From a virus (Duplodnaviria; Caudoviricetes): DNA of 29,728 nt. Below the pieces are notes generated by a model. It was not told where the DNA came from and did not search any database. It worked only from the letters and a program-made list of their open reading frames with translations. Below, piece after piece: positions 8,242-16,452 of this stretch. The position numbers and the translations under genes were made by a program. The stretch covers positions 1-29,728 of the IMG/VR virus record IMGVR_UViG_3300005805_000327, one strand, 5' to 3'. Every line of letters starts with the position of its first letter. Position 1 is the first letter of the stretch.

Positions 8242-10599
8242 ATGGCTAAAGATCGTTTTGGTGGCGAAACCGTTGATGAGGGGCAAACTGATCGCTTTGG
8301 CGGCAGTTTGGTTGAACAAATACCCGGCCCTTCGCCTGAAGAATCTGCGGCTGCTCGTAGTGCGGCAGAACGATTTGGCAGGGTTGAGTCTCCATCAATG
8401 CTTGAGTCTGGCTTGCAAGCTATGGGCGCTGTGCCGGTGCTTGGTGGCACAGCTAAAGCATTTGAGCTTGCTTCTCGCGGAACTAGGCTTGCGCCTTACG
8501 CAACTCGCGCAGCGGAAATGTTTATCCCTAGAACTGGTGGGGAACTGACTAGGCAAGGTGCATTATCATTTTTAGGCGGTGCAGCGGCGCAGGGTGCAAG
8601 TAATCTTCTGCCTGAAGATGCCAGCCCCTTGACTCGCTTTGGCGCTGAGACTGCTGCTGGTTTAATTACTGAGGGTGTCGCTGGAAGTCTTCGTGCTGGT
8701 GCAAGAGGCTTGCGTCCTATTACGCCGGGTGGAACGCAACGTGCTGGTGAGCGTGTGGTTCGTCAAATGACACCGGAGCAGGTCGCTGCGCTGCCACAAA
8801 CCGTTGAATCTAAGTTGGCATTGGTTCGTGCAGCCCAAGAGCGTCTGCGCGGCAAACCCTACGATCAGCCACTTGATGCAACTGAGGTTGCAAGGTTGCT
8901 AAACATTGAGTCTGTTGCTGGAAGGCGGCGTGGTGAAGCATTGGCTACTCGGTTAATGACTGATGCTGAACAACGGTTGGCTGCTATTAGCCAGCCTCGC
9001 ACAATGGAGGCGGTGGGTGCTGAAGCCCGTGACATCGTTTCAAAGCGTTTAGAAAGACTAAAACAAGAGCGCGAAGTCATCACGAATGTTAATAAAAAAG
9101 ACATGATGGATGAGGCTCGTCGCAAAGAGCTTGCCGGTGACGGAGTTGAAAATACTCAGGCATTTAAAAATGCAGAAGCACAGCTCAAAGCATTTGAGGT
9201 TGATCCAGCAACGGGAAGAAAGCTACTAACTGGAGATACAAAATCTCAGTTTGATCGGGTAAAACGAGAGCTTACGGGGATTGAGCAAGACCAGTTTGGT
9301 AACACTAGCAGAGTTAAAGTAGGCTTTGAGCGACTAGAGCGTTTGCGTCGTGAGCTAGGTGATCGCGCTTCTGGATTGCCGGTTGAGGGTTATAGCGCAA
9401 TTAGCCAAAACGATGCTAAAAATTTAAAGAAGCTAGTTGAAGGTGTGATGTCGGAGTTTACTGGCAAAAAGTTTGACAAGTATCTTAAAGACTATGAACG
9501 CTTTAGCCAGCCAATCAATCGGTTTGCCTCTGAAGTTGGGGTAGCATTAACTGCGCCTAGTGCCGCAGTGCGCGGTGAATTTGCAACGCAGACATCATTA
9601 TTGCCAGACAAAATATTTAGTACGCCTGAAAATGTAGATAGCTTTTTAAAGTTGATGGGTGGAAACGTAACCCAAGTGCAAACCTTGGCACGTAACTATG
9701 CCAGCGCACAGCTTCAAGGCAAAACGCCAGCACAAATCAATAGTTGGCTTAAAACCAATAGCGAATGGCTATCACGTTTCCCACAGCTAAAGAAAGACTT
9801 TGCTGACTTTGCAAGAAAGCAAGAGCAGACCACTCGCGTTACTAAGCAGACTGAAAAGCTGACTGAGCAGCGTGCCAAGATGTTTGAGATGGGTGGCACA
9901 CAAACTCAACAAGCAGAGAGCTTTAAGAACTTAATGATGGGTACTGGCTCATCCCGTGATGTCGCTTCTGCTGCCAAGGTGCTTGGTAGAACGCCGGAGG
10001 GTGCTGAAGCCTTTAAATCTAGTGTTCGTGACTTGATTGGCACCTTGCCGCCGGGAAGCATTGAGCGTAGCTATCGTGACCGCATTAAGCCATCCATGCA
10101 AGCAAGCGGCTTATATACGCCAGATGAGCTGCGGTTTGTTGACGATGCCATTGCGGATATTGTCAGCATACAAACAGCGATTAGCCGTGCATCCCAAAAC
10201 ATTGGGCGCACTCCCGGCACTGAATCTTCGGCGCAGGAACTAACTCGCCTTATTCAAAATGAGATGTCGCAAGTTAAAAAGGGTGGCGCTATTGCTGGCT
10301 TGTACACGGCTGGCTTAACTGCACTGTCTGCTAGATTTGGATTGCCGGTGGAGGTTGGCGGCACAACGGCGGCGGTTGGCGCAATGGGCGGTGCATTTGC
10401 CATTGATCGTTACCGCCAATACACTGCCAACATTCGCGCAGCCGTTAGTGACATCGTGACTGACCCGGTTAAGCTCAAAGAAGTCTTGAAGTCTCCACCA
10501 GACAAGCGGCAAGGGGTTCTTGCGAGAATGATAAGGCAGACCGTTGGCACACAATTGGGCGTGGAAACGCCAGAAAGGACTGAAAATGCCCCTCGCTAA
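8242..10599 (+). CDS. Large putative ejection / DNA transfer protein
   Basis: 785 aa, mostly helical, hydrophobic Gly/Ala segments near both ends; last of the internal-protein cluster. Confidence 0.6.
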   Translation: MAKDRFGGETVDEGQTDRFGGSLVEQIPGPSPEESAAARSAAERFGRVESPSMLESGLQAMGAVPVLGGTAKAFELASRGTRLAPYATRAAEMFIPRTGGELTRQGALSFLGGAAAQGASNLLPEDASPLTRFGAETAAGLITEGVAGSLRAGARGLRPITPGGTQRAGERVVRQMTPEQVAALPQTVESKLALVRAAQERLRGKPYDQPLDATEVARLLNIESVAGRRRGEALATRLMTDAEQRLAAISQPRTMEAVGAEARDIVSKRLERLKQEREVITNVNKKDMMDEARRKELAGDGVENTQAFKNAEAQLKAFEVDPATGRKLLTGDTKSQFDRVKRELTGIEQDQFGNTSRVKVGFERLERLRRELGDRASGLPVEGYSAISQNDAKNLKKLVEGVMSEFTGKKFDKYLKDYERFSQPINRFASEVGVALTAPSAAVRGEFATQTSLLPDKIFSTPENVDSFLKLMGGNVTQVQTLARNYASAQLQGKTPAQINSWLKTNSEWLSRFPQLKKDFADFARKQEQTTRVTKQTEKLTEQRAKMFEMGGTQTQQAESFKNLMMGTGSSRDVASAAKVLGRTPEGAEAFKSSVRDLIGTLPPGSIERSYRDRIKPSMQASGLYTPDELRFVDDAIADIVSIQTAISRASQNIGRTPGTESSAQELTRLIQNEMSQVKKGGAIAGLYTAGLTALSARFGLPVEVGGTTAAVGAMGGAFAIDRYRQYTANIRAAVSDIVTDPVKLKEVLKSPPDKRQGVLARMIRQTVGTQLGVETPERTENAPR

Positions 10600-10777
10600 A
10601 GGAAAGAGTCAGAAGACCATTAGCGGCAACATTGGCGAAATGGTGCGTAGCTACAAGGAATCAGGCAAGATCGGCACTAGCCGCCCTGCCAGCACTCGCA
10701 AGGCGGTCAAACAGGCGGCAGCTATTGCTTATTCAAAGGCGGGTAAATCCCGCATGAAACGGGGGAGCAAGCGATGA
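10586..10777 (+). CDS. Small basic phage protein (DUF6496-like)
   Basis: Start reassigned to ATG 10586 after AAGGA RBS; MPLAKGKSQKTISGNIGE...KQAAAIAYS motif. Confidence 0.7.
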   Translation: MPLAKGKSQKTISGNIGEMVRSYKESGKIGTSRPASTRKAVKQAAAIAYSKAGKSRMKRGSKR

Positions 10778-10947
10778 ACTACGACAATGGCAGCGATACT
10801 GACAAAATGAACACAGGCGTAGAAGAATTGCGTAAGCTAAAAGAAACTGCCAAGCAACAGGCAGACAAGCGCGGAACCAGTATGTTGATTGGGAACCGCA
10901 TGACGATGATGCGTCAGAAGCGTGACAACAGGAAAATGGAGAGATGA
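10774..10947 (+). CDS. Hypothetical 57-aa protein (not in ORF track)
   Basis: MNYDNGSDTDKMNTGVEELRKLKE...KMER; GGGGAG RBS; ATGA overlaps with both neighbours. Confidence 0.7.
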   Translation: MNYDNGSDTDKMNTGVEELRKLKETAKQQADKRGTSMLIGNRMTMMRQKRDNRKMER

Positions 10948-11153
10948 GTAAAAAACAAAAGGGGCTTAATCCGGAGCTTGAGCAAGCCATTTATGACCTG
11001 CTAAAGCAAACAATGAATGATTCAACGGCATCACTAACGGACAAGACCAAGGTTCTTGACCGGGTTTTAAAGCTAGAACAAATCAAGCAAAAGATTAGTG
11101 ATGACGAATGGGGCAAAGGGTTTTTCAATCCTGACGATGAAGGAGATGAGTAA
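10944..11153 (+). CDS. Hypothetical protein
   Basis: 69 aa, coupled start, GGAG RBS, helical with an acidic tail. Confidence 0.7.
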   Translation: MSKKQKGLNPELEQAIYDLLKQTMNDSTASLTDKTKVLDRVLKLEQIKQKISDDEWGKGFFNPDDEGDE

Positions 11154-11365
11154 TGGTAGACGGGGCTGCGTTGAGAATTATTAACATTGCAATGGATGTT
11201 TTATCGCACAAGGTACTGACATTTGTTGCATTGCTTTTTAGCTTTGTGTTGGCTTGCTGGACGATGATTATGCCAACATGGGAAAGGATGGCAATGGCTG
11301 CATTCTTTGCTATTTTTATTTATTTACCGTGCATGATCGTGGAAAGGAAGTCACATGAAAATTAA
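11153..11365 (+). CDS. Two-TM membrane protein
   Basis: AAGGAG RBS; two hydrophobic helices VLTFVALLFSFVLACW and MAMAAFFAIFIYLPCMIV. Confidence 0.7.
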   Translation: MVDGAALRIINIAMDVLSHKVLTFVALLFSFVLACWTMIMPTWERMAMAAFFAIFIYLPCMIVERKSHEN

Positions 11366-11591
11366 CATCAGCAAGAGCAGCACAACCGTGATGATGAACA
11401 ACAACAATCACAAGGGCAGTGCTGGCGAAGCATATCGCCCAACATCCATTTCTGACACTTATGGTCGTGGCAAGCCTACCCGCACTAATCCTATGGGCTT
11501 CATGAGTATGCAGTGCTTCTCAGGTTCACCCGACCAGAAGAAGTCGCCCACTTCCAAGCCCGGTAATGCCGGAGGAAAGGACATTATCTAA
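11355..11591 (+). CDS. Hypothetical low-complexity basic protein
   Basis: 78 aa; AAGGAAG RBS; stop overlaps the next start. Confidence 0.6.
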   Translation: MKINISKSSTTVMMNNNNHKGSAGEAYRPTSISDTYGRGKPTRTNPMGFMSMQCFSGSPDQKKSPTSKPGNAGGKDII

Positions 11592-11926
11592 TGGCTATCA
11601 CTGGTGCTTTTCAGCCGATGGGCAAGACCTTTAAGGTCACTGCCAACACTGCGGCTGTCTCTGCGAATGTTTCTTCAGACTCGCCTGTTGCTCAGTATCA
11701 GGTAGTCAATAGCAGTACAACTGACATTGCTTACGTTCGCATTACGCCTTCGGGTGGTAATGCTGCTGTGCCGGGTGCAAACGCTGAGTACGGCATGGCA
11801 GTGCTTCCTGCAAGCTCAGTCATTATCACTGGCCCTCAGTGCCGTAGTGGGGCCAATGTCGTTGTATCTGCTATCTCTGCGGCGAATACGCCGTCAATCT
11901 TTGTGACACCGGGAGAAGGCCTATGA
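11591..11926 (+). CDS. Small beta-rich virion protein (paralog of 1..330)
   Basis: AF..G.T...ANTAA, QY..VN.S and C-terminal IFVTPGEGL match ORF 1..330. Confidence 0.6.
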   Translation: MAITGAFQPMGKTFKVTANTAAVSANVSSDSPVAQYQVVNSSTTDIAYVRITPSGGNAAVPGANAEYGMAVLPASSVIITGPQCRSGANVVVSAISAANTPSIFVTPGEGL

Positions 11927-12087
11927 GAGATTACATTCTTGATCGCGTAAAAGAACCGTCCACTTGGCGTGGCGCACTGCTATTTCTGACGGCAATTGGT
12001 GTACCCATTGCACCTGAACTCGCCAATCATATTGTCACTGCTGGTTTGGCATTGGCTGGCATTGTGGGCATGGCTACTAAGGGATGA
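11923..12087 (+). CDS. Putative holin, 54 aa (not in ORF track)
   Basis: MRDYILDRVKEPSTWRGALLFLTAIGVPIAPELANHIVTAGLALAGIVGMATKG; two hydrophobic segments; ATGA-coupled to the endolysin. Confidence 0.7.
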   Translation: MRDYILDRVKEPSTWRGALLFLTAIGVPIAPELANHIVTAGLALAGIVGMATKG

Positions 12088-12503
12088 TTAACAGTCGCAA
12101 ACTTGAAGACCTGCTGCCGCCCGTTCGTGAACGGGTAGAGCGCATGATTGCTGATTGCAAGGCAGAGGGCATAGACCTGCTGGTAACGTCAACGTATCGA
12201 GACAATGCCAGCCAAGATGCCTTGTATGCTCAAGGTCGAACTGCACCGGGGAGGATTGTCACTAATGCACGTTCTGGTCAGTCTTATCATAATTACAGGT
12301 GTGCTGTGGATGTGGTTCCTATACGAAACGGCAAAGCCATTTGGAACTCTAAAGACCCTGTCTGGCAACGGATAGGCGCTTTAGGCAAGGCTGCTGGTTT
12401 GGAGTGGGCGGGTGACTGGAAGCGGTTTAAAGAGTTGGCACACTTCCAGTACACGGGTGGTATGACGTTGGCGCAACTGCAAAAGGGAGCGCAAATTGCC
12501 TAA
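12084..12503 (+). CDS. Endolysin, M15 family (L-Ala-D-Glu peptidase-like)
   Basis: TYR...QDALYAQGRT, VTNA..GQSYHNY..AVD, GLEWAGDW, E..HFQ Zn-peptidase motifs. Confidence 0.92.
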   Translation: MINSRKLEDLLPPVRERVERMIADCKAEGIDLLVTSTYRDNASQDALYAQGRTAPGRIVTNARSGQSYHNYRCAVDVVPIRNGKAIWNSKDPVWQRIGALGKAAGLEWAGDWKRFKELAHFQYTGGMTLAQLQKGAQIA

Positions 12504-12759
12504 GAAGGGTGTCAGTCTGGCGGTTGGGCGTGGCGAGAAGCTGCCTGTCAGCAAGGGCGCTGGCTTGACTGCCAAGGGCCGTGCCAAGTACAACCGTGAG
12601 ACTGGTAGCAACCTGAAGGCACCTGCGCCTAATCCTAAGACAAAGAAGGATGCAGGACGCAAGGCTAGTTTCTGTGCAAGGATGGGTGGCGTAGTAAGGA
12701 AGGCTAAAGGGCCAGCAACAAGGGCCAGAGCTTCGATGCGGAGATGGAACTGCCGATGA
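12496..12759 (+). CDS. Small basic phage protein (DUF6321-like)
   Basis: GLTAKGRAKYN...NLKAP...RKASFCARM...RRWNC pattern; TTG start after GGGAG. Confidence 0.65.
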   Translation: MPKKGVSLAVGRGEKLPVSKGAGLTAKGRAKYNRETGSNLKAPAPNPKTKKDAGRKASFCARMGGVVRKAKGPATRARASMRRWNCR

Positions 12760-13268
12760 GTCATCAGGCGCAGTTGGATTTTGTGGCAAGTTTGCGAGAC
12801 AGGTTCCCAGACTTCTTCATTAGAAAGAATGTGCTGGAGGTGGGTAGCCTAAACATTAACGGTTCTATAAGACAGTTCTTTCAACAGTGCAATTATGTTG
12901 GGGTTGATCTTGGCGCAGGACAGGATGTGGATGTCGTTACCAAGGGCGAAGACTTATCCTATGGCGATGGCAGCTTTGATGTGGTCGCAAGTTGCGAATG
13001 CTTTGAACACAATCCTGAGTGGGCTAAGACGTTTGACAACATGGTAAGGATGGCTGGCAGCTTGGTCTTCTTTAGCTGTGCTACGACAGGAAGACCGGAG
13101 CATGGCACACGGCGCACAAGCCCACAGGATGCACCATTTTGCGGTGACTATTACCGCAACCTGACTGAAGATGATGTAAGGCAAGCCGTGGACTTATCAG
13201 CTTTTAAAGTATATGAATTTATAAGCAATGATAAGGCGCACGACTTATACTTTTGGGGGATTAAATAA
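12756..13268 (+). CDS. Class I SAM-dependent methyltransferase
   Basis: VLEVGS motif I, YVGVD, SFDVVASCECFEH; start reassigned to the coupled ATG at 12756. Confidence 0.85.
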   Translation: MSHQAQLDFVASLRDRFPDFFIRKNVLEVGSLNINGSIRQFFQQCNYVGVDLGAGQDVDVVTKGEDLSYGDGSFDVVASCECFEHNPEWAKTFDNMVRMAGSLVFFSCATTGRPEHGTRRTSPQDAPFCGDYYRNLTEDDVRQAVDLSAFKVYEFISNDKAHDLYFWGIK

Positions 13269-13420
13269 TGGCAAAGAATCAACCACATTACACAAAAGAC
13301 GGGAAGCCTTACACTGGGGCAACACATAAGACCGGCAAGACTTTAATGACTGGTGAAAAGCATACAAAGTCGAGCAAGGTTTTAACTCATAGCAAACCTA
13401 AAACCAAGGGGGTCAAATGA
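13268..13420 (+). CDS. Small basic His-containing protein, 50 aa (not in ORF track)
   Basis: MAKNQPHYTKDGKPYTGATHKTGKTLMTGEKHTKSSKVLTHSKPKTKGVK; TAATG coupling. Confidence 0.7.
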   Translation: MAKNQPHYTKDGKPYTGATHKTGKTLMTGEKHTKSSKVLTHSKPKTKGVK

Positions 13421-13572
13421 AGACAGGACTGTACTCAAACATCAACGCTAAACAGGATCGTATTAAAGCGGGTAGTGGTGAGAAAATGAGAGCGCCCGGT
13501 AGTAAGGGTGCGCCTACCAAGGCAGACTTTGTGAAGTCGGCTAAAACTGCCAAGAAGCCTACCCGTAAATAG
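13417..13572 (+). CDS. Small basic protein, 51 aa (not in ORF track)
   Basis: MKTGLYSNINAKQDRIKAGSGEKMRAPGSKGAPTKADFVKSAKTAKKPTRK; AAGGGGG RBS, ATGA overlap. Confidence 0.7.
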   Translation: MKTGLYSNINAKQDRIKAGSGEKMRAPGSKGAPTKADFVKSAKTAKKPTRK

Positions 13573-13601
13573 TTGCTTAGCGCGGCTCCTTCTCGCGCTT
13601 T

Positions 13602-13629
13602 CCCCCGCCTTAAACAGCGGGGGTTTTTT
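13602..13629 (+). terminator. Rho-independent terminator ending the late operon
   Basis: CCCCCGC-N8-GCGGGGG stem followed by TTTTTT at the convergence of + and - operons. Confidence 0.85.
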
Positions 13630-14356
13630 ACTCGCTAGGCAGTAATCCACCTTCAAACAGATACGTTCCCATGTGGCCCATCTGACACCACGGTGCGGCG
13701 TATATCTTCCCGCCTATCTTGCGCCACTCATGGCAGAAGAAGTAATCCTCAGACAGTAGCCGCTTGGTATCAGGATCAATCGGGTCAAGGAAGAAGGCAT
13801 GTATTTCCTGCCCTGCAAGATGCGACATGTCGCTCACATAGGTGGGCGTATGTGGCTTTAGCTTCTCAAATACCTCGCGCTTGACCAGCATAAAACCGGT
13901 GCCAAGAGCAGATACCTCACAAGGTTGATCTACTGGTACGGTGAGAGAGGGTTCGGCATTTAATAAATTAACGACGAAACTGCCGGTAAAATTTTTCAGG
14001 TTTTCCTGACCGTCCAGTGCTGCCCTCTTAACCGTTTCCCAATTGATTTCCTTCTTTGGATAGATTCCACCTATCACATCTACATCTGCTTCCAGCATTC
14101 TCAGTGCATCCTCTGCGCGGAACTTGATGTCAGCGTCAATCCAAAACAAGTAGTCTGCTTCGCCCTGCAAGAACTGGTGCGCCATGTTGCAACGTGCGCG
14201 GGTAATCAGGGATTCATTGAACATGAAGGCGCAGGAAGTCTTGTAGCCCTTGCTGCCCAACACGCTGATCAAGTTGATCAATGACTGCACGAATACGCCT
14301 GTGCATTGGCCCCCGTACATAGGTGTTGCTATAAATATATGCTTTTGCTTGTCCAT
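13628..14356 (-). CDS. GT-A fold glycosyltransferase-like protein
   Basis: IFIATPMYGG, ESLITRARC, FWIDAD (DxD), GTGFMLVKR, SEDYFFC; start reassigned to ATG 14356 after GGAGA. Confidence 0.8.
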   Translation of the reverse strand: MDKQKHIFIATPMYGGQCTGVFVQSLINLISVLGSKGYKTSCAFMFNESLITRARCNMAHQFLQGEADYLFWIDADIKFRAEDALRMLEADVDVIGGIYPKKEINWETVKRAALDGQENLKNFTGSFVVNLLNAEPSLTVPVDQPCEVSALGTGFMLVKREVFEKLKPHTPTYVSDMSHLAGQEIHAFFLDPIDPDTKRLLSEDYFFCHEWRKIGGKIYAAPWCQMGHMGTYLFEGGLLPSE

Positions 14357-14408
14357 GTTTTCTCCGTAGGTGGGGCGTGTTGCAGTGACGCTGCGCCCCG
14401 CAACGTTC

Positions 14409-14768
14409 CTAACTATCCTCGGGGGAGGATTCATCCTGCAACTGATGGGGGTCTAGTTCATTACCAAGAAGCGTCAGCAGATCGGAGAAGCGCAACAAGG
14501 CCAGCGATTTACCGCCATCCTCGCGCATGATGACCAGTGGTATTTGTCCTGCTTCACAGGCTTTGTCGGCCTGTTCCACGAAATCATACACGGCTATCTT
14601 GCGTCTGCGTTTGCATTCAATGAGATATTTCCCCAAGACCAGATCGCCCTCATCCTTGACCTGATACTGCTTCAGGTTGCGGCGAATGCGAATCCCTAGC
14701 CTGTCGAAAATCTCATTGGCTACTTCACGCTCATAGCTTGCGCCCCTCTGTCTGTTGAGCTTACTCAT
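14409..14768 (-). CDS. Holliday junction resolvase (Hjc-like PD-(D/E)XK nuclease)
   Basis: RQRGASYEREVA, GDL, IECKRR motifs. Confidence 0.8.
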   Translation of the reverse strand: MSKLNRQRGASYEREVANEIFDRLGIRIRRNLKQYQVKDEGDLVLGKYLIECKRRRKIAVYDFVEQADKACEAGQIPLVIMREDGGKSLALLRFSDLLTLLGNELDPHQLQDESSPEDS

Positions 14769-14914
14769 CAGTAACAGTTCGTTGTGCAGTTATTGCCGTA
14801 GCAACAGGTGGTGCAGCTTACGCAGCGCCCTTGATCGCAATAGGTGTTATAGGTGCATGTGGCATAAACAAACGGTGCGGTTACTGCCAACCAAATAGCG
14901 AGTAGGTATTTCAT
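14768..14914 (-). CDS. Secreted cysteine-rich micro-protein, 48 aa (not in ORF track)
   Basis: MKYLLAIWLAVTAPFVYA-TCTYNTYCDQGRCVSCTTCCYGNNCTTNCY; AAGGAG RBS; TGATG coupling to the resolvase. Confidence 0.8.
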   Translation of the reverse strand: MKYLLAIWLAVTAPFVYATCTYNTYCDQGRCVSCTTCCYGNNCTTNCY

Positions 14915-14924
14915 TGCAGTCTCC

Positions 14925-15191
14925 TTAAAATGGTATTTCGTCATCGTCCTTACGCTTGGATGGCGTAGGGTTGTTGTTGCCGCCGACAGGTGGTTGCCAG
15001 TTATCTTCCTTCAAGCTAATCAATACGCCGCCGGAAGTATCCTTAGTCCATGCGGAGATTTTAAGCGTTTCTCCAATGACATAGTTCCTGCTTACTTTAA
15101 GTTCGCCTGTCCAGTCAGGATGTGCTGCGCTTTTCTTCTTCCGGTTTGTGTACAGAACGCCGGTGCCGGGGTTTCTCTCTTTATATTCCAT
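14925..15191 (-). CDS. Single-stranded DNA-binding protein-like
   Basis: G.LYTN..K....HPDWTG...ISAW.K core and acidic DDDEIPF tail typical of SSBs. Confidence 0.7.
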   Translation of the reverse strand: MEYKERNPGTGVLYTNRKKKSAAHPDWTGELKVSRNYVIGETLKISAWTKDTSGGVLISLKEDNWQPPVGGNNNPTPSKRKDDDEIPF

Positions 15192-15393
15192 CTTTAACTC
15201 CTCTCGTTAATGTATATCTTGCAAATTCTTTATTGCCAACTTTTACTGACTGAGTAATGATTGTGTGACCGTCTTTCCTGAGTTCTTCGACACGCGCTGC
15301 CAGCCGTAACACGCCGTAAAGTCTCAGGGAATCCAATGCCGTGATGCTTTGTCCGGTTTGAAGATGTTGCAGTACCATCTTGTTCTGCGTCAT
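15181..15393 (-). CDS. Winged helix-turn-helix protein (HTH_39-like)
   Basis: TQ...VLQHL..GQSITALD...YGVLRLAARVEELRKDGH.I; start at ATG 15393 after GGAGA. Confidence 0.75.
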   Translation of the reverse strand: MTQNKMVLQHLQTGQSITALDSLRLYGVLRLAARVEELRKDGHTIITQSVKVGNKEFARYTLTRGVKDGI

Positions 15394-15413
15394 CTTGTCT
15401 CCGGTGGCTGGCA

Positions 15414-16247
15414 CTACAACTTTTTTGTTTCTTGCTCCAAAAAGGCGCGTACTGTATTGATGCCGCGATTAAAAACTTCAGCCAGTAATTCATGCTTGGT
15501 TTCAATCTCCAGCAGAGCTTCAGCGTTAGCTTCTTCTAGGCTGTTGATTTTCTCCAGCTTCTCCCCGGCATTAAGTTTTTTTGAATTATGGACAGCTTCG
15601 ACCATATCCAAGATGCCACTGACTAGATCGTCATAGTTGGCGTAGTGGGCATGAACATTGCCATTGGGTAGCAAGAACGGAATGCCTTTGACAACCGGCT
15701 TCTCAATGGATACTGGCGCAACAGATTCGCTGACGACTAGAGGTTGGACACGCGCTTCCGGGATCGTTTCAACTTCAGTTTCGTCAAGCATTCCGAGTCC
15801 ACAATGTGCAAGAACCGACCTCCGTATTGCTTTTGTAGTTGCCTTGAGGATAGCGTTAGCGAGTTTTTCTCCGGTAACATTCCCAACATCCACAGCACCT
15901 TGATTTTCTGAAAGTCTGCCATCAGCGCCGGTACATCTAACCGAGACAATGTAAATTCCATCAACACGTTCCCGATGTGTAATCTGAGTGGATAGCTTAT
16001 GAATAGAACACAATTGCTGCGTTGCTCCAGCATTTGCATATAGTATTTGTTTTCCATTGAGAACTAGAAGGTCAAAGGGTTTGGCAGCAGGATCAAGACC
16101 GACTTGTTTGCAGCGGTACAAGTAGTATTGCTTCTTCTGGTCTTCAGACAGGCCAGACAAGTCACCACGCAGGACGATAGAGGCTTGGATTTCGGGGTCA
16201 AGGGCAGAGACACTACCCTCGCTTGATAGGTTAATTACGTTACTCAT
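15414..16247 (-). CDS. ssDNA annealing protein (RecT/Red-beta-like)
   Basis: CKQVGLDP..KPF and NAILKATTKAIRR motifs; downstream of a YqaJ exonuclease; exact start uncertain (16247-16265). Confidence 0.7.
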   Translation of the reverse strand: MSNVINLSSEGSVSALDPEIQASIVLRGDLSGLSEDQKKQYYLYRCKQVGLDPAAKPFDLLVLNGKQILYANAGATQQLCSIHKLSTQITHRERVDGIYIVSVRCTGADGRLSENQGAVDVGNVTGEKLANAILKATTKAIRRSVLAHCGLGMLDETEVETIPEARVQPLVVSESVAPVSIEKPVVKGIPFLLPNGNVHAHYANYDDLVSGILDMVEAVHNSKKLNAGEKLEKINSLEEANAEALLEIETKHELLAEVFNRGINTVRAFLEQETKKL

Positions 16248-16440
16248 ATTCATTCTCGCTTTCATATTGGCTTCTTGCTTTCATCATTGCGTCTGCTACG
16301 CGATAACATTCCTTCGCAGATATTTCAGCGTTTACCCAATTCAATTCAGGCATCATTTTTGCCGCAAAGTAGTCGCGCAAGTCCATGCCATCTGTACCTG
16401 CTCCCGTCCAAGGAAACGCTTTCATTTCTTCCTCGCTCAT
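16240..16440 (-). CDS. Conserved small phage protein with GMxLRDYFAAK motif
   Basis: AFP...GMDLRDYFAAKMM...CYRVADAMMKAR. Confidence 0.75.
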   Translation of the reverse strand: MSEEEMKAFPWTGAGTDGMDLRDYFAAKMMPELNWVNAEISAKECYRVADAMMKARSQYESENEYE

Positions 16441-16452
16441 GATTGCCCCCAA

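Noticed and set aside
12381-12789. Two minus-strand ORFs over the lysis region as possible spanins
   Set aside because: Antisense to well-supported genes; no lipobox or N-terminal TM architecture
12756-13268. Methyltransferase as a DNA methyltransferase
   Set aside because: Lacks DPPY/NPPY or PC catalytic motifs; resembles small-molecule/sugar class I MTases
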